In this document: positions 12,158 to 24,901 of the stretch, one piece after another
Numbering within the stretch: position 1 is the stretch's first letter
How the letters are laid out: the number at the start of each line of letters is the position of its first letter
Assembly (NCBI GenBank): GCA_004431415.1
Contig: QPMI01000409.1
Span: forward strand, 1-64,000
Source: Cyanophora paradoxa CCMP329
Lineage: Eukaryota > Plantae > Glaucophyta
Length of the DNA stretch: 64,000 nucleotides
Reading direction: 5' to 3'
Program-made: the position numbers and the translations under genes
The notes under the pieces: generated by a model
Database searches by the model: none
The model's input: only the letters and a program-made list of their open reading frames with translations
What the model was told of the DNA's origin: nothing

Positions 12158-15138
12158 ATGGCGGCCGCGGCGGCTCCGCCGCCAGCCGGTCGCCAGGCTC
12201 CGCTCCGTCCGCGCAGGCGCTTGTTTCGCGGGACGCGTTCCTGGACCTGCCTTCGACCCAGCACATTCGTCTCCGACCTGCGGAAGCATGTGCCCTGGAG
12301 CAGCTCCGCAACGAGGTGCGTTCGCCGCCAACCCTCCAAGCGCGTCCGTGGCAGGGCTGACCGCGTGTTCCGCGCGCCGCAGCTCAACAAGCACTTCCAG
12401 TCCTTGCGGAATGAGGTGCGGTCGCTCTCGCTCATCGCTCCTCGCGGCCCGCTGACCCGCCCGCAGCTGCTCGAGCTCATCAACCGGACTTCGACCAGTT
12501 CGTCTCGCTGTCGACCAACCTCGTCGGCGCGGACCGCATGATAGCGCAGCTAAGCAGCCACTCAAGGTTCTGCGCGAGGACATTGCGGTGAGTGCCTCGG
12601 CGCGCATGGCCATCGCTGCCGCGGTCTGACTTGCCGGTTCGCGCGCAGGGCGTCCAGGATGCGGTGGTGGAGCAGATGCGAGCGCTGCAGGGCAAGCTGG
12701 ACGAGCGCAAGGAGCTCGCCGAGCAGCGGTCGTACCTGCAGCTCTTCATCAACATCGCCACCGTCGTGCAGCACATCGAGGAGCGCCTGCGCTCCGACGA
12801 GTGGAGGGCTCGGCGGGGGCGCCCCGCGGGCATCGACGACGTGCGCCGCTCCGCCCGCGGCCGGCCGCCCCCGGCTCGCACCTCACGCCGTCGCGCAGAC
12901 GGGCTTCGACGTGGACGGGCGGGAGCTGACGAGACCGGCATCATCGTGCCGGAGGGCTCAGCGAACAGGGAGCTGGCGGCAAGCCGTCTGATCGAGCGCG
13001 TGGCGAACGAGTACACAGCTCGACTTCTACCTGAAGCGGGCCAAAGACTTGCCCTTCGCGCGGTCCCTCGACACGTCCGCTCGCCTGGCCCCGCTCCGAT
13101 CGCCTCCGACGCCGAGGGGCCGGCGGCGTGCAGAGGGTGCTGTTCATCGAGAAGACGATCCGGGACAGGCTGGAGGAGACGTTCGCGGCGGGCCTGGAGA
13201 GCGGGGACCAGCAGGTCCTCTCCACTGCCTGCGGGCCTTCGCCGCCATCGACGCGACCTCCCACGCCGAGAACCTCGTCCGCAAGCTCTGGGTCCAGCCC
13301 GCCATGCAGAAGGTCCTACTGCCACGGCCCTGCGCCCCGGCGCCCGCTCAGCCGGGCGCCGCAGATCATCCGGAAGGAGCGCTTCGAGCGGGCGAACGAG
13401 GGGCTCGCCGCCATCTACGACGACATCATCGCTACGTGCAGGACAAGTTCGAGTGCGCCGCCGCGCCCTTGCGCCTCTCCCGCGCCCTCGCTGCACGCTC
13501 GGCTCACCGGCGCCGGCCCGGCAGCACGCTGATCGAGCTCACGGGAGGGGAGTCGGCGCAGTCGTCCTCGGGGGCGTCCGCGGCTTCAACTTCCTGGCGA
13601 ACAGCCTGTGGGCCGAGTGGAGGAGGTGCTCTCCAACGCGACCCCTTCGTCTTCGCGACGGGCATCCCGGACTCGTTCCACCAGAACTACCTCCTCTCCA
13701 TGGCCTTCCTCGACCGCGTCGAGCGCTTCTGCAAGACGCGCGAGTCGGTGCAGGCGTTCCGCAACCACGCCGCCTACAGCCGCTTCCTCCGCCGCTGGGG
13801 CCTCCGCGTCTACTTCCAGCTCCGCTTCTACGAGGTCTCCTCCAAGCTCGACGCCGCCCTCTCCCGGGGCGTCGAGGTTCTCGCCTCGCCCTCCCCCGCC
13901 GGCTATCGCCTCGACGCCGGGGCCGCTGTGGAGGAGGCGACGGAGCGCTGCCTTGCCCCCGAGGTCTTCCTCCCCATGCTCGCCCACCAGTTCGCCAAGC
14001 TCGCCCTCCAGTGCATCGCCCGCTACAAGAACTGGCTTACGGCCGGCCTCCAGCAGGCCTGTCCCCGGCCCCGGCCCGGCCGACCGTTACCGCGGCGGCG
14101 CTGAGCCCCGGCGCAGGTGCTGAGCGGCGCCCAGTCTGGCGCCGCGGCGCCGCAGCGGGGTGGGCCGCCCTCGCCCCGAGCAGTACATCCTGGCGTACCA
14201 CGACACGGAGCTCCTCCTCACACGCGTCCGCCCCCGCCCGCGCGCCTTCGCCCGCCAGGCCGGCCGCGACGTCGGCTCACGGCGCGTCTCGCGCAGTTCC
14301 AGTCGCGGGTCCCGGCGGCGCTTCGGAAGCGGATGGAGGCGCTCTCGGGCAAGCTCCCGAGGACTTCGGCGAGCGTGCGCCCCCGCCTCTCCCCCTTTGC
14401 GTCGCATCTTCCTCGCGGTCGACCGCCGACCGCAGGGCTCTGCGGGAGTCGGCGGAGAGCGTGCGGGCAGTGCTGCCCGAGCTCTCCAAGATCATCACGT
14501 CCCACGTGCTCTCCAAGTGCCTCGAGAACCTGCAGGCCGTGCGGGGCGTCACGGCCATGTACCGCATGACGAACAAGCCGCCGCCGACGAAGCCCTCGAT
14601 GTACGTCGCGACGATTCTGCAGCCTCTGGGCCAGTTCGCGCAGGAAGTCGAGGCCTCCTCGCTCGTCTCGCGGCCGTGCTGCAGTCCTGGACGCTCGCCG
14701 CCGTCACCTCCGTCGCGGACCGCTACAACGAGATGACCACGGAGCTCATCACGACCGTCCGCAAGACCGAGAGCTCCCTCAAGCGCCTTCAGGCCAAGAA
14801 GCCGGCCGCCGGCCCCGCCGCCCCCGCCTCCGCCCAGGCCATGGGCGACACCGACAAGGCCCGCCCCGCTTCCTTCCCCCTCTGGCCTTTCCCCACCCCT
14901 ACCATTCCATCTCACGGCGCCTCGCCCCGCAGATCTGCCTGCAGCTGTACCTGGACGTGGAGGAGCTGGGGCGCCTGATGAAGAAGCTGGGCGTGGAGGC
15001 GGCGTCGCTGGCCTCGTTCGCCTCCCTCCACGATCTCGTCTACGCCGAGAGCGAGAAGTTCCTGCCGCTCCTCGCCCAGCAGGCTCCCCCAGCCGCCCCC
15101 TAGCCAGCCGCCGCCCCCCGCGCACCGCATCTCGTCTA
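12158..15138 (+). CDS. COG2: Conserved oligomeric Golgi complex subunit 2
   Basis: FVSDLRKHVPLEQLR, LELIN..FVSLSTNLVG, FATGIPDSFHQNY, RWGLRVYFQLRF, MYRMTNKPPPTKPSMYV, MGDTDK|ICLQLYLDV. Confidence 0.92.
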
Positions 15139-15207
15139 AGTACAGCTCACGTGTCTACGCTGCACGCATATTCACATCTCGCCTCGCCGAGTACATTTAA
15201 TCCGCGC

Positions 15208-16910
15208 CTACAAGCTCGGTGCGAGGGGCGCTGCCGCCGCCGCCGGAGGCAGGGCGGGGAACTTGTTCTCGACGAGGTAGCGGAAGCACTGCATGATGTA
15301 GTTCTTCTCCTGCCGGATCTCTTTCGACAGGAGCTTCTGCAGCAGCGTCCGCGGGTGGGTCGGCGCCGGCGGCGGCCGCGGCGGCGCCGGCTTCGCCCCC
15401 GGCTGCGCAGCTGAGGTGTTAGGGCTGCGATGAGGAAATGATGTTACGCGAAAAGCACCTGGAGGTCGTGGAGAAGCCGCAGCGGCCCCGAGCTTGCAAA
15501 AGCCCCGCGCGAAGTACTTGCACGGCGGCCGCTGGTGCCTCCTCTCGCCGGCCTGCTCGGGGCGGCCCGGCGCCCGGCCCGCCGGCGCCGGCTGCTGCTT
15601 GCTGCTGTCGGTGCTGGTGCTTCCTGTTGGAGGGCGCAACGGCTCCGTGTGCGCTTCTCCGTGCCCGGCCGGGCCTGCCGGGCGGGCGGGTGCACGGGAC
15701 CGGCCTCCGGCCGGCCGCCCGCGTGCGGGACTTTCCGGGAGACGCCTTGCAGCTCTCTGTTGATCCGTCGAGGTCCGTCAGGGAGCCCTCCACATGGGCG
15801 GGCGCATCCTTAAAGCTGTACTCCTCGGGCGCCCCGTCCGAGTCCCTCTCCTCGCCTCCTCCCCGTCAAAAAAGTGCTCGTGGGACTGGCTGACTGCTGG
15901 CGAGTCCGGCGGCGGATGCGGGTGTGGGTGCTCGTGGGGGGGATGTTCCAGGGGCGGCGGCTGCTTGACGGACTCTGGGGGCGCCGGCTGGAGCTGCTGC
16001 GTCACAGGCGGGGTCGGCGCCCCGCCCTCCTCTCCTCGACCGCCGCCTAAAATCTGGGATCAGCGCAAGCTGAAATCATAAGAATGCATCAATGACACCT
16101 TCGTAATGGTCGGGATTCCCGTGGTAGCCGCTATGACTGTAGCCGCCCCGCCCGCCCCGCTGCTGGTAGCTGCCGCCGCGAAGCCCGCCGCGCCCGCGCC
16201 ATCCCCGCGCCCCTCTTGGAGGAGGATGTGTGTCTGGTCCGGCTCGCGCTCGTGCTGGTGATGCTGGAAGCCGCCGCGCCCGCCGCGCCCGCGCCCCGGC
16301 CGCGCTGATCGCGGTTGAAGAGTGGCCTGCGTGAGCGGTCGTCCACAATCTCTCCGCGAGCCCTCCTGTTCTCGTCTTCATGTTTCTGCGCCGCTCGCAT
16401 CGTTAGCTGAAGCAACGCCTCGGCAAGCGATAGCGGCGTGCCTTGCGCTCCACGTTGGATTCGCTGGGCCAGTGCTTCCTGCGCTCTGCGCGCCATCGCT
16501 CGATTTCTTCCGGCGTGTCCAAGATGATCGGCTTGCGAGACGAGCTGCGTTGACGCTTTAGACGATCAAACGTGTCTAAATACGTGCCGCGCACCTCACG
16601 CCGTTGTGAGCGTCGTGGACGTGCTCGAAGACGACTTTCTTGGATGCGACGAAGCTACAGTCATCGCGAGGCACTTCACATGCTTCGCTTTGTGCTCTTC
16701 AAGCTGCCGCTGCTGCTGGAAGCCGCGATCGCAGGCCTCGCAGAAGTAATTTTCCCTGCAAGCTCGCGTCAGAGCGAGCAGGCTCTCTCTGAAAAAACGC
16801 GCTCACGGCTCAGGTTCACGTGGCCGCTTCCGCTGCCCGTAATGCGGCGGAGGTGGGTACCCGCCGTACGTGTTGTGGTGCACTGGCGGATGCGGGGCGT
16901 ATGGGGCATG
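15208..16910 (-). CDS. NUFIP1: NUFIP1/Rsa1-like snoRNP assembly factor with CCCH finger
   Basis: IILDTPEEIERWRAERRKHWPS, CKYFARGFCKLG, TLLQKLLSKEIRQEKNYIMQCFRYLVENKF; start approximate. Confidence 0.85.
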
Positions 16911-17306
16911 TACGCGCCCGTCACAGGCGCGAGCGACGCTCCGTACAGCGGCGGGGGCTGCGTCCCTGTTAAGAGCGCCAGGCGCGATCCGATCGCACGG
17001 CGCACCGCGGGCGTCCCAAGCAGGCCGTGTCCGCCCAGGTACATCGTGGGGGAAGCGGCGGAGCGAACGGAGACGGGAACATCGTAGCGGCTGGATGCAG
17101 CACCGCGTACCCTCAAGGCTGCATCCGAGTGCATCGGCGGCATCGCTGCGGCATCAAAGCGCATCCCGGCGCGGGCGATGTCGGCGAGTCGCGGAACGCC
17201 ACAGTGGCCTCATCTTTCGGGAGAGGCGCTTCTCTGCTAGGTCGCAGCGCGACCTCGAGGTCGCTGCTGCGCGACAGCGGTGTTCCTGCCGGGCACCGCT
17301 CGCAAG

Positions 17307-19337
17307 ATGCGGTGGATAGGATAGAAGAAGGGCCCGTGCAGCCCTCGCGCACGTACGGCACGCTGGCGACTTAGTGGGCAAGGTGTGTGCGGTGACCTTT
17401 GACGCGCCCTTTCGATCTAGCTACCGGCACGGGCGCGCGCGCTGCTATCGGCTAAAGGAGCGCTTATGAACGCTTATTCATGCGTGCGCACTGCGCAGGT
17501 GCACGTTATCGGCGATGACGAAAGTCGGCCGCTTCTTGACGGAACGCTGGGAGACTTTGAGGGACACTCCACTTTCCTGCAGAGCTTCTTCAACTCCGTC
17601 AACATTCTCTGCGGAGTTGGCATCTTGGCTTTTCCTTTCGCACTCATGAAGAGCGGCTGGGTGGGCTTGCTGTTTATGGCATTCCTAGCTATCGTCACAA
17701 ACTACACCGGCAAAGTGAGTGGCTTGAACAGTGAATGGAAGGCCCAGCTCACCCATACGCAGTGCATTGCATACTGCATGCAAGCGCAACCGGGGATCCA
17801 GAGCTACCCCGAAATAGGGCAGGCGGCTTACGGGGACAAGGGTCGGCCAGGACCCCCAACTTGACGGCTTGCTTTGCCGATTTCGTTCCGTGCACAGGCC
17901 GGCTTCTGATCTCGGCGATATTATACACCGAGCTTTTCTGCACGTTGTCTCTCTTTTTCATTCTGGAGGGAGACAACCTCACTCAGGTTTGCACATGCAG
18001 CAGTCTCCTAAACTGCCTACATGCCCTTTACGCCCTTTCGAACAGCTCATCTATCCTCGGATTGGTATCGAGCATCGAGCAGCGACAAGAAATATGTTCA
18101 TGGCGTTGACCGCCATTGTCGTCCTGCCAACTTCCTGGTTAAGAGATCTGTCATACCTGTCATACGTTTCTGTTCTTGGCATGATCTCGGCTTTCTTCCT
18201 TCTGGGAGTTGTTGTGCGTCGCTTTGCTTCGGAGTTTCGGCGCTGAAGACGATGCATCCAATTAGCATTACAGGTCAACGATGGCATCACAGGAGGAATG
18301 CTCGAGGGGCTGGACCTGTCCGACACAAAGACGTTCCGGTATTTTGTATTTGTTGATTTCAGTAAACTGCACATGCCATGGGTGTGAACCTTGCCAGAAT
18401 AATTAATGTGGACAATCTTCCGCTGATGTTCGGATTGGTGTCGTTCGGCTTCGCGGGTCATGCAGTGGTTGGTAGTCACTCTTATGCTTCTTCTTGCTGC
18501 TTACCATCAATTTGAGCAGTTTCCAAACATATACACGTCCATGAAGGACAAGCGCCAGTACAAACGGATGCTCGACTTTTCATATGTTGTTGTGATGATT
18601 GCATACAGCGCAATGGCAGTTTTCGGATGGTTGCAGTATAGGGACGACACAGATCAACAAGTCACCTTGAATCTCCCAGAAGGGCTTGTTTCCCAGATTG
18701 CGACAGCCCTCATCTGCGTAAATCGTGAGCATACGTTGAATTTCCCATGCTTGGTCACGTTGTTAATGGCATACTCCAGCTATAACCAAGTTCTCCCTCA
18801 CGCTCAATCCCATCGGCCTTGGGGTGATTATGTGCAGCATGTGGGCTTGCCTTCTGCAGCTGACAGCCGATCAGATTGAAGAGCTGTTCACTTTCAAATC
18901 ACCTTTCGGCAATCGGGCTTTCAGCATATGTATCCGGTCTCTCCTCGTATTTTCTTCCCTCATTGTAGCAATGGTTATTCCATTCTTCGCCTATGTTCTT
19001 TCTTTTATTGGAGCATTCATGACGGTGAGTTGACTCCACACAACCCTATCCTGTTCTATTTCCCTGCCTGCATCGACACCCCATATTTCAGATGGCAGTG
19101 TCTGCTGTCTTCCCCGCTCTCTGCTACATGAGGTTATACAAGGGGAAGCTAGGCTGGCACATCTTGCTGTGGAACTGGCTCGTTGTGATTATTGGTACGA
19201 TTTGTGCCATTTCTGGGTCCTGGATCGCGGCCGTCCAGATGTGCGTACCTGCACCTTGCCTGAAATTCCAGCGCTTATTCTTTCGCAGCATGCACGAGTG
19301 GCAAAAGAAATCTTCGTGGCAGATTCGACCCTCCTAA
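17307..19337 (+). CDS. Amino acid transporter, AAAP/AVT1 (Aa_trans) family
   Basis: STFLQSFFNSVNILCGVGILAFPFALMKSGW, SYPEIGQAAYG, VLPTSWLRDLSYLSYVS, FPNIYTSMKD, IPFFAYVLSFIGA; ends approximate. Confidence 0.9.
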
Positions 19338-19578
19338 AAAATGGGCGCGAGGAGGGCCGCTGAGGCTTCGCCCGACCTTTGGGACCCGCAGGGGCCCAGG
19401 GCTTGACTTAGTAATTTCAATTTTGATTTCAATTTTGATTTCGGAGCTCGAGTTCACGCGTACTACGGTACGTTAAATCGTGATCGCAACTGCAACAGGG
19501 CCCCGCCGGGCGCCGGGCCGCCCAGCGCCGGATCCGATAGCGCTAGCGAGCTCTATGTGACGATATTGATGAGATGGG

Positions 19579-19631
19579 GTACATCGTATACAACCCCGAA
19601 TTCGTGCCCCCGGGGCTTGTATACGATGTAC
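19579..19631. other. Near-perfect DNA/RNA hairpin at the left edge of Fanzor-like copy 1
   Basis: gtacatcgtatacaa-ccccg (19579-19598) pairs with cgggg-c-ttgtatacgatgtac (19611-19631). Confidence 0.85.
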
Positions 19632-19639
19632 TTGCAATT

Positions 19640-20091
19640 TCAGACACGTGCGGCAAGATCAACTACGGGCTCGGCTCGAAGAGGGTCTTCGAGTGCCGCC
19701 CCGGGTGCGGCTTCCGGGCGGACCGCGACGGCGGCGCCGCGCGGTGCGTGTTGTGTCTATACACGCCTATACACAATCGCTGCTCCCCCGCCTAGTCCCG
19801 ACACGGCCTAGCCACGGCATAATTTTCCGTCTAGGCCTAGGGCCGGCTCGCCCTCCCAGCGCCGCCCGATCGCAATCGTAATCGTACTCTTGCAGGAGCA
19901 TCTTCATCCGCTACGGCACCGGCGTGGACGCGAAGCGCCTGCTCGGTTCGTAGCCAGCTAGCGCTAGGCTCCGATCCCCTTTTCTCCATCAGGGCACCAG
20001 TCCCTGCGGGTTACGCTCTCACCCAAACAGCACGGGTACAGTTAAAGCGCTGTAGGTAGGAGGTCCGGCGCGCCCGTAGCGTAGAAAGAGC
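19640..20091 (+). mobile_element. TnpB/Fanzor-derived non-autonomous element, copy 1 (C-terminal ORF remnant plus putative omegaRNA end)
   Basis: Translates to TCGKINYGLGSKRVFECRPGCGFRADRDGGAARCVL, matching the TnpB/Fanzor zinc ribbon and RuvC-III DRDxxxAxxI motif; ends ...gtagcgtagaaagagc like the other copies. Confidence 0.75.
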
Positions 20092-20428
20092 TCAAGAACT
20101 CAGCCCACGGCAGCGCTAGCTATTGTTTCTCGTGCTGCTAATCGTATTTTTGTTGGTGGTTCTCCTATTAGTTATTTAGAACGTCCACAATCAGGAATTG
20201 ACGCAAAAGCTAGCTAGATCGAGGTGCTCGATCGGTACCGCGTTCATCCAGTGCGCCCAGTTTCACGGATAAGCTGTTCAGCCCAGCGCAACCAGCGCCC
20301 CTGCCGGAGAGACCGCCGGCCTGTTGAACAACAGAATCATCGAGGCGCTCAGCTGCACTTCTGAGTGAACCGCGGTTGCGCTGTAGCAGCGGGCGGCCGC
20401 TGGGCGCTGCGGCAGCGAGCACGCGATC

Positions 20429-23400
20429 ATGGGCCCTGAGGACATGAGCGCGGATGATCTGGCAGCGCCGATCAAGGATACGGCAGTGCGCATTCGTCAG
20501 ACCGCATGAACTGCACGTACGGGCAAGAGCGCCGCTCACGCTTCGCGCAGGAGAAGTGGCGGCTGCTCCCTTCGTTCCTGCGCGTGCGAGGCCTCGTGAA
20601 GCAGCACATCGATTCTTTCAACTATTTCACGAGCGTCGAAATAAAGAAGATCGTGCAGGCGAACCAGCGCGTCACATCGGATGCGGACCCTACCTTTTTC
20701 CTCGAGTGCGCCCACCACAGTTGACGCGCTCAATGCACAAAGCCCTTTTGACGCTTGTTCAGGTACACAAATATCAGCATCGGCAAGCCTAGTGTCGAGG
20801 AGGACCTGATCGTCACAGCTATCGCGCCACACGAATGCAGACTGCGGGTGCGGGGATAATTGCGCGCCATCGCAATGCGTGCGCTGTTTTGACCGTTATT
20901 ACCTCAGGATATGACGTATGCAGCACCCATAACAGTAGATGTCCGCTACACCCGCGGTAAGGAGATCGTCGTCAGGAAGGGTGTCGTTGTTGGACGCATG
21001 CCCATCATGTTACGGTCCTGCAACTGCGTTCTTACAGGCAAGTCGGAGGCCGAGCTGGCAAAGCTCAAAGAATGCCCTCTCGACCCAGGTGTGCATTATA
21101 AGTGCCTCTAGCTCGTCACAGTTGAATGCTGATTTTTTTCGCCCCGTTGACAGGCGGTTACTTTATTGTCAAGGGGACTGAACGTGTGATTCTCACCCAG
21201 GAGCAACTGTCGAAAAACAGAATCATCATAGAAGAGGACAGCAAAGGCAACATTCAGGCATCGGTGACAAGCTCGACCCATGAACGGAAGAGCAGGAGCC
21301 AAATTTATTCAAAGCATGGGAAGATGTACTTGAAGCACAACACGCTCACTGAAGACCTACCTGTAGTAATCGCAATGAAGGTATAGGACCTGTTTGTTGC
21401 TTGTCACATTGTTGGTAGGAACAGGCACTGATAGAACGTGTGGTCTGTCAGGCAATGGGAGTCGAGAGTGATCAGGAGATTGTCCAACTCGTCGGAAGTG
21501 AACCATTGTATGCAGACGCAATGTCTGCTTCGTTGGAGGACTGTTCATCCTCACGCATCTACACGAGAAATCAGGCACTCGATTACATTGCATCCCGCAT
21601 CAGAAGCTCTGGACCTCGGCGCTTCGGAGGACCTCGCCGCTCCAAAGTTGATGAAGCGCGCGAACTGCTTGCACAGGTCGTGCTAGCTCATGTCCCTGTC
21701 GAGAAGTTCAACTTCAGGCCGAAATGTATCTATGTCGCACTCATGCTCAGGCGTATCATCACCGCAATGAAGGACCCAACTGCCATTGATGACAAGGATT
21801 ACTACGGCAACAAGCGGCTTGAACTGTGCATCCTTATTTCTCTCGCCTGAACTTCCAGTAAATCTCATCCTTCCTCAGGTCTGGGCAGCTTATCGCACTC
21901 CTTTTTGAGGACTTGTTCAAGCGCTTCAACAGCGATTTGAAGCGGAATGCAGATCAGGTTCTCACGAAACAGAATCGTGCCCAGCAGTTCGACGTGGTGA
22001 AATGCATTCGCCCTGACACAATCACACATGGCTTGGAGCACGCCCTTTCAACTGGGAACTGGTCTGTTAAACGTTTTAAAATGGAGCGTTCGGGCGTGAC
22101 CCAGGTAAATTCGTTTCTTGCTTGCTGTGGTGTGCCTCCAATTCATTGGACCTGTGCAGGTGTTGTCTCGGCTCTCCTACATTGCGTGCTTGGGCATGAT
22201 GACGAGAATTACCAGCCAGTTTGAGAAGACAAGGAAGGTTGCTGGACCTCGCTCCCTGCAGGTACTTTCGAAACAACTTGTTTCTTAATAGCTTTGACTG
22301 TGTTGAGCAGGGTTCACACTGGGGCATGGTCTGCCCATCGGACACACCTGAAGGAGAAGCCTGTGGCCTGGTGAAGAATCTCGCCCTTACCACACATGTA
22401 ACAACGGATGATGAAGAAGGTCCAATCCTGCGCATGGCATTCAATCTTGGAACCGAGGGTGCTTTTCACCTGTGGGCTTTTCCTCGAGATTCGAGAGGCT
22501 CACCTGTTCTGGCAGATGTGAACACACTTTCTGGTGAGGAGCAGAACAGCCTATCATCCTACCTCGTCATTGTCAATGGTCTCGTGATTGGAGTGCATAG
22601 GCGCCCTGCAAACCTTGTCAAGTCTCTTCGTGCCATGAGAAGAAAGGGCTTACTTGGGGAGTTCGTTTCCATTTTCCAGCACGATCGGCATAGAACAGTG
22701 TACATAGCCTCAGATGGGGACGAGTGTGCAGGCCACTCATCATCGTGCGAAATGGGAAGTCCAGTGTGCTCCCTCGGCATATACAGGCAAGAAGCAATTG
22801 TCCATCAGCCCTTCGCAATCTTGCCTAACATCTGACTGTAAACGCAGGAAGCTGTTGATGGCTATCGCTCTATGCAAGACTTCTTGAAAGAGGGCCTCAT
22901 CGAGTACCTGGATGTGAACGAGGAGAATAATGTGGAGATCGCGATGTATGAAAAAGATATTGTCCCAGCAACAACGCATCTGGAGATCGAGCCTTTGACA
23001 ATTCTGGGCGTTGTAGCTGGTCTTATCCCCTACCCCCACCATAATCAGTCCCCTCGCAACACGTATGTAGCCAGCACTGCTTGAACACTCTGACTTGCTC
23101 ACATTTTTCTTGCAGGTACCAGTGTGCGATGGGCAAGCAGGCTATCGGCACTATCGCCTACAACCAAATGAATCGTCTTGACACATTGTTGTACCTGCTT
23201 GTCTACCCTCAGAAGCCCATGGTGAAGACAAGAACCATCGAGTTCATCAACTTCAACAAGGTGATAAGAAAAAATTCTAGCAATTTTCAGCAAGTTGACT
23301 TCCGTCTTGAACAGCTGGGTGCTGGTCAAAATGCCACGGTGTTCATCATGAGCTACTCCGGCTACGATATTGAGGATGCGACAATGATGAACAAGGTATT

Positions 23401-24901
23401 TCCTTTCACAGCATCGTGCTTTTATGTTTCTTGTCAACACCCGTTGCAGGCATCGCTTGATCGTGGCTTTGGGCGATGCTTGGTTCTGAGGAAATACGCT
23501 GCATCTCTGAAGAAGTACGCAAATCAAACGTGCGCTGCTTGCTTCTTTCCACAGCGTGCTCCTCTGCCGCCTCATTCTATATGCAGTCTCGACCGTCTTG
23601 TTGGGCCTCCGGCTAATGATGATCCAAGGCCGATGAAAAAGATGCAGATCCTTGATGATGATGGCATATGTGCTCCGGGAGAGATTATTCACCCAGGCGA
23701 TGTCTACATCAACAAGCAAGTCCCTATGAACACATCAGACAACCTGGCGAATCCAGATGCACTCCCCGACTCGGGTTGCGATTTTTTTCCGTTTTCCTGC
23801 AGGCTGCGGCTCGTTCTGAAGGTTGCTTGGTTCTCCAGCCTACAAGCCACAGCAGATGACCTACAAGGGCAGTGTAGATGCCGTTGTTGACAAAGTGCTG
23901 GTTACCTCGAACGAAGAAGAACACGCACTCATCAAAGTGCTTGTCCGGAGCACCAGAAGACCTGAACTGGGCGACAAATTTTCCTCCAGGCATGGACAGA
24001 AAGGTTCGAGTTTTTCCCCCAGTGGCCCAGGACTCGAAGGGGATGTTCCAAGCTCACCCGTGCTCTTGTAGGAGTGGTTGGCTTGATCGTAAATCAAGCA
24101 GATCTGCCTTTTTCGGAACAAGGCATATGCCCGGATCTTATCATGAACCCCCACGGGTTCCCGTCTCGTATGACCGTTGGGAAAATGATTGAGCTTCTTG
24201 GTGGCAAAGCTGGCGTGCTTCAAGGGATGCAACGAGATGGCACTGTGCGCTGAATTATTTTCGATTGGGTGTCTACTGACATGTATAACAGGCTTTTGCC
24301 GGTGACTCGGTGGAGGAGCTAAGTCGGGTGCTTGTATCCCATGGATTTAATTACTCTGGCAAGGACCTTGTTACATCGGGCATCACTGGAGAGCCTGTGT
24401 CTGCGTACATATTCAACGGCCCCATCTACTACCAGCGATTGAAGCACATGGTGCTCGACAAGATGCATGCAAGAGCAAGGTGTGCTTCTCTCCTACGCCT
24501 GATTGCTGCATCTCTGATTCAACAATGCAGGGGTCCTCGCGCTGTCTTGACACGCCAGCCAACAGAGGGGCGCTCACGTGATGGTGGTTTGCGTCTTGGT
24601 GAAATGGAACGCGACTGCCTGATTGGCTATGGCGCATCGGCGCTTCTGTTGGAGCGCCTGATGATTTCGTCTGATGCGTTTGCCGTCACTGTCTGCCAGG
24701 TTTGCGCATTGTGGTCGAGCTTGCATGCCCTACCCTAATCCTGCGCAGGCTTGTGGACTGCTGGGGTACAATGGCTACTGCCAATACTGCCGCTCGGGGG
24801 AGAAGTGCTCCACTCTTAAGATCCCCTATGCGTGCAAGCTCCTCTTCCAGGAGCTTGGCTCTATGAACATAAACGTGAAGGTCACCCTTGCTGAGTTCTA
24901 G
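20429..24901 (+). CDS. POLR3B: RNA polymerase III second-largest subunit RPC2
   Basis: [101 protein letters not shown]. Confidence 0.97.

Noticed and set aside
12480-14736. Long Arg/Pro/Ala-rich ORFs in the six-frame track (e.g. 714 aa, 574 aa, 508 aa)
   Set aside because: These are shadow frames of GC-rich spliced genes (COG2, UTP14, ChlH), where stop codons are rare.
3417-15138. Frameshifts in MMSDH, sortilin and COG2 as pseudogenisation or programmed frameshifting
   Set aside because: Single-base indels fall in GC-rich runs across many essential genes while motifs and splice sites are intact; long-read assembly error is more likely.
20092-20111. Putative guides (element flanks) targeting other sites in this window
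   Set aside because: For the flanks I checked by eye I found only short (about 9-10 nt) chance matches; a genome-wide search is needed.
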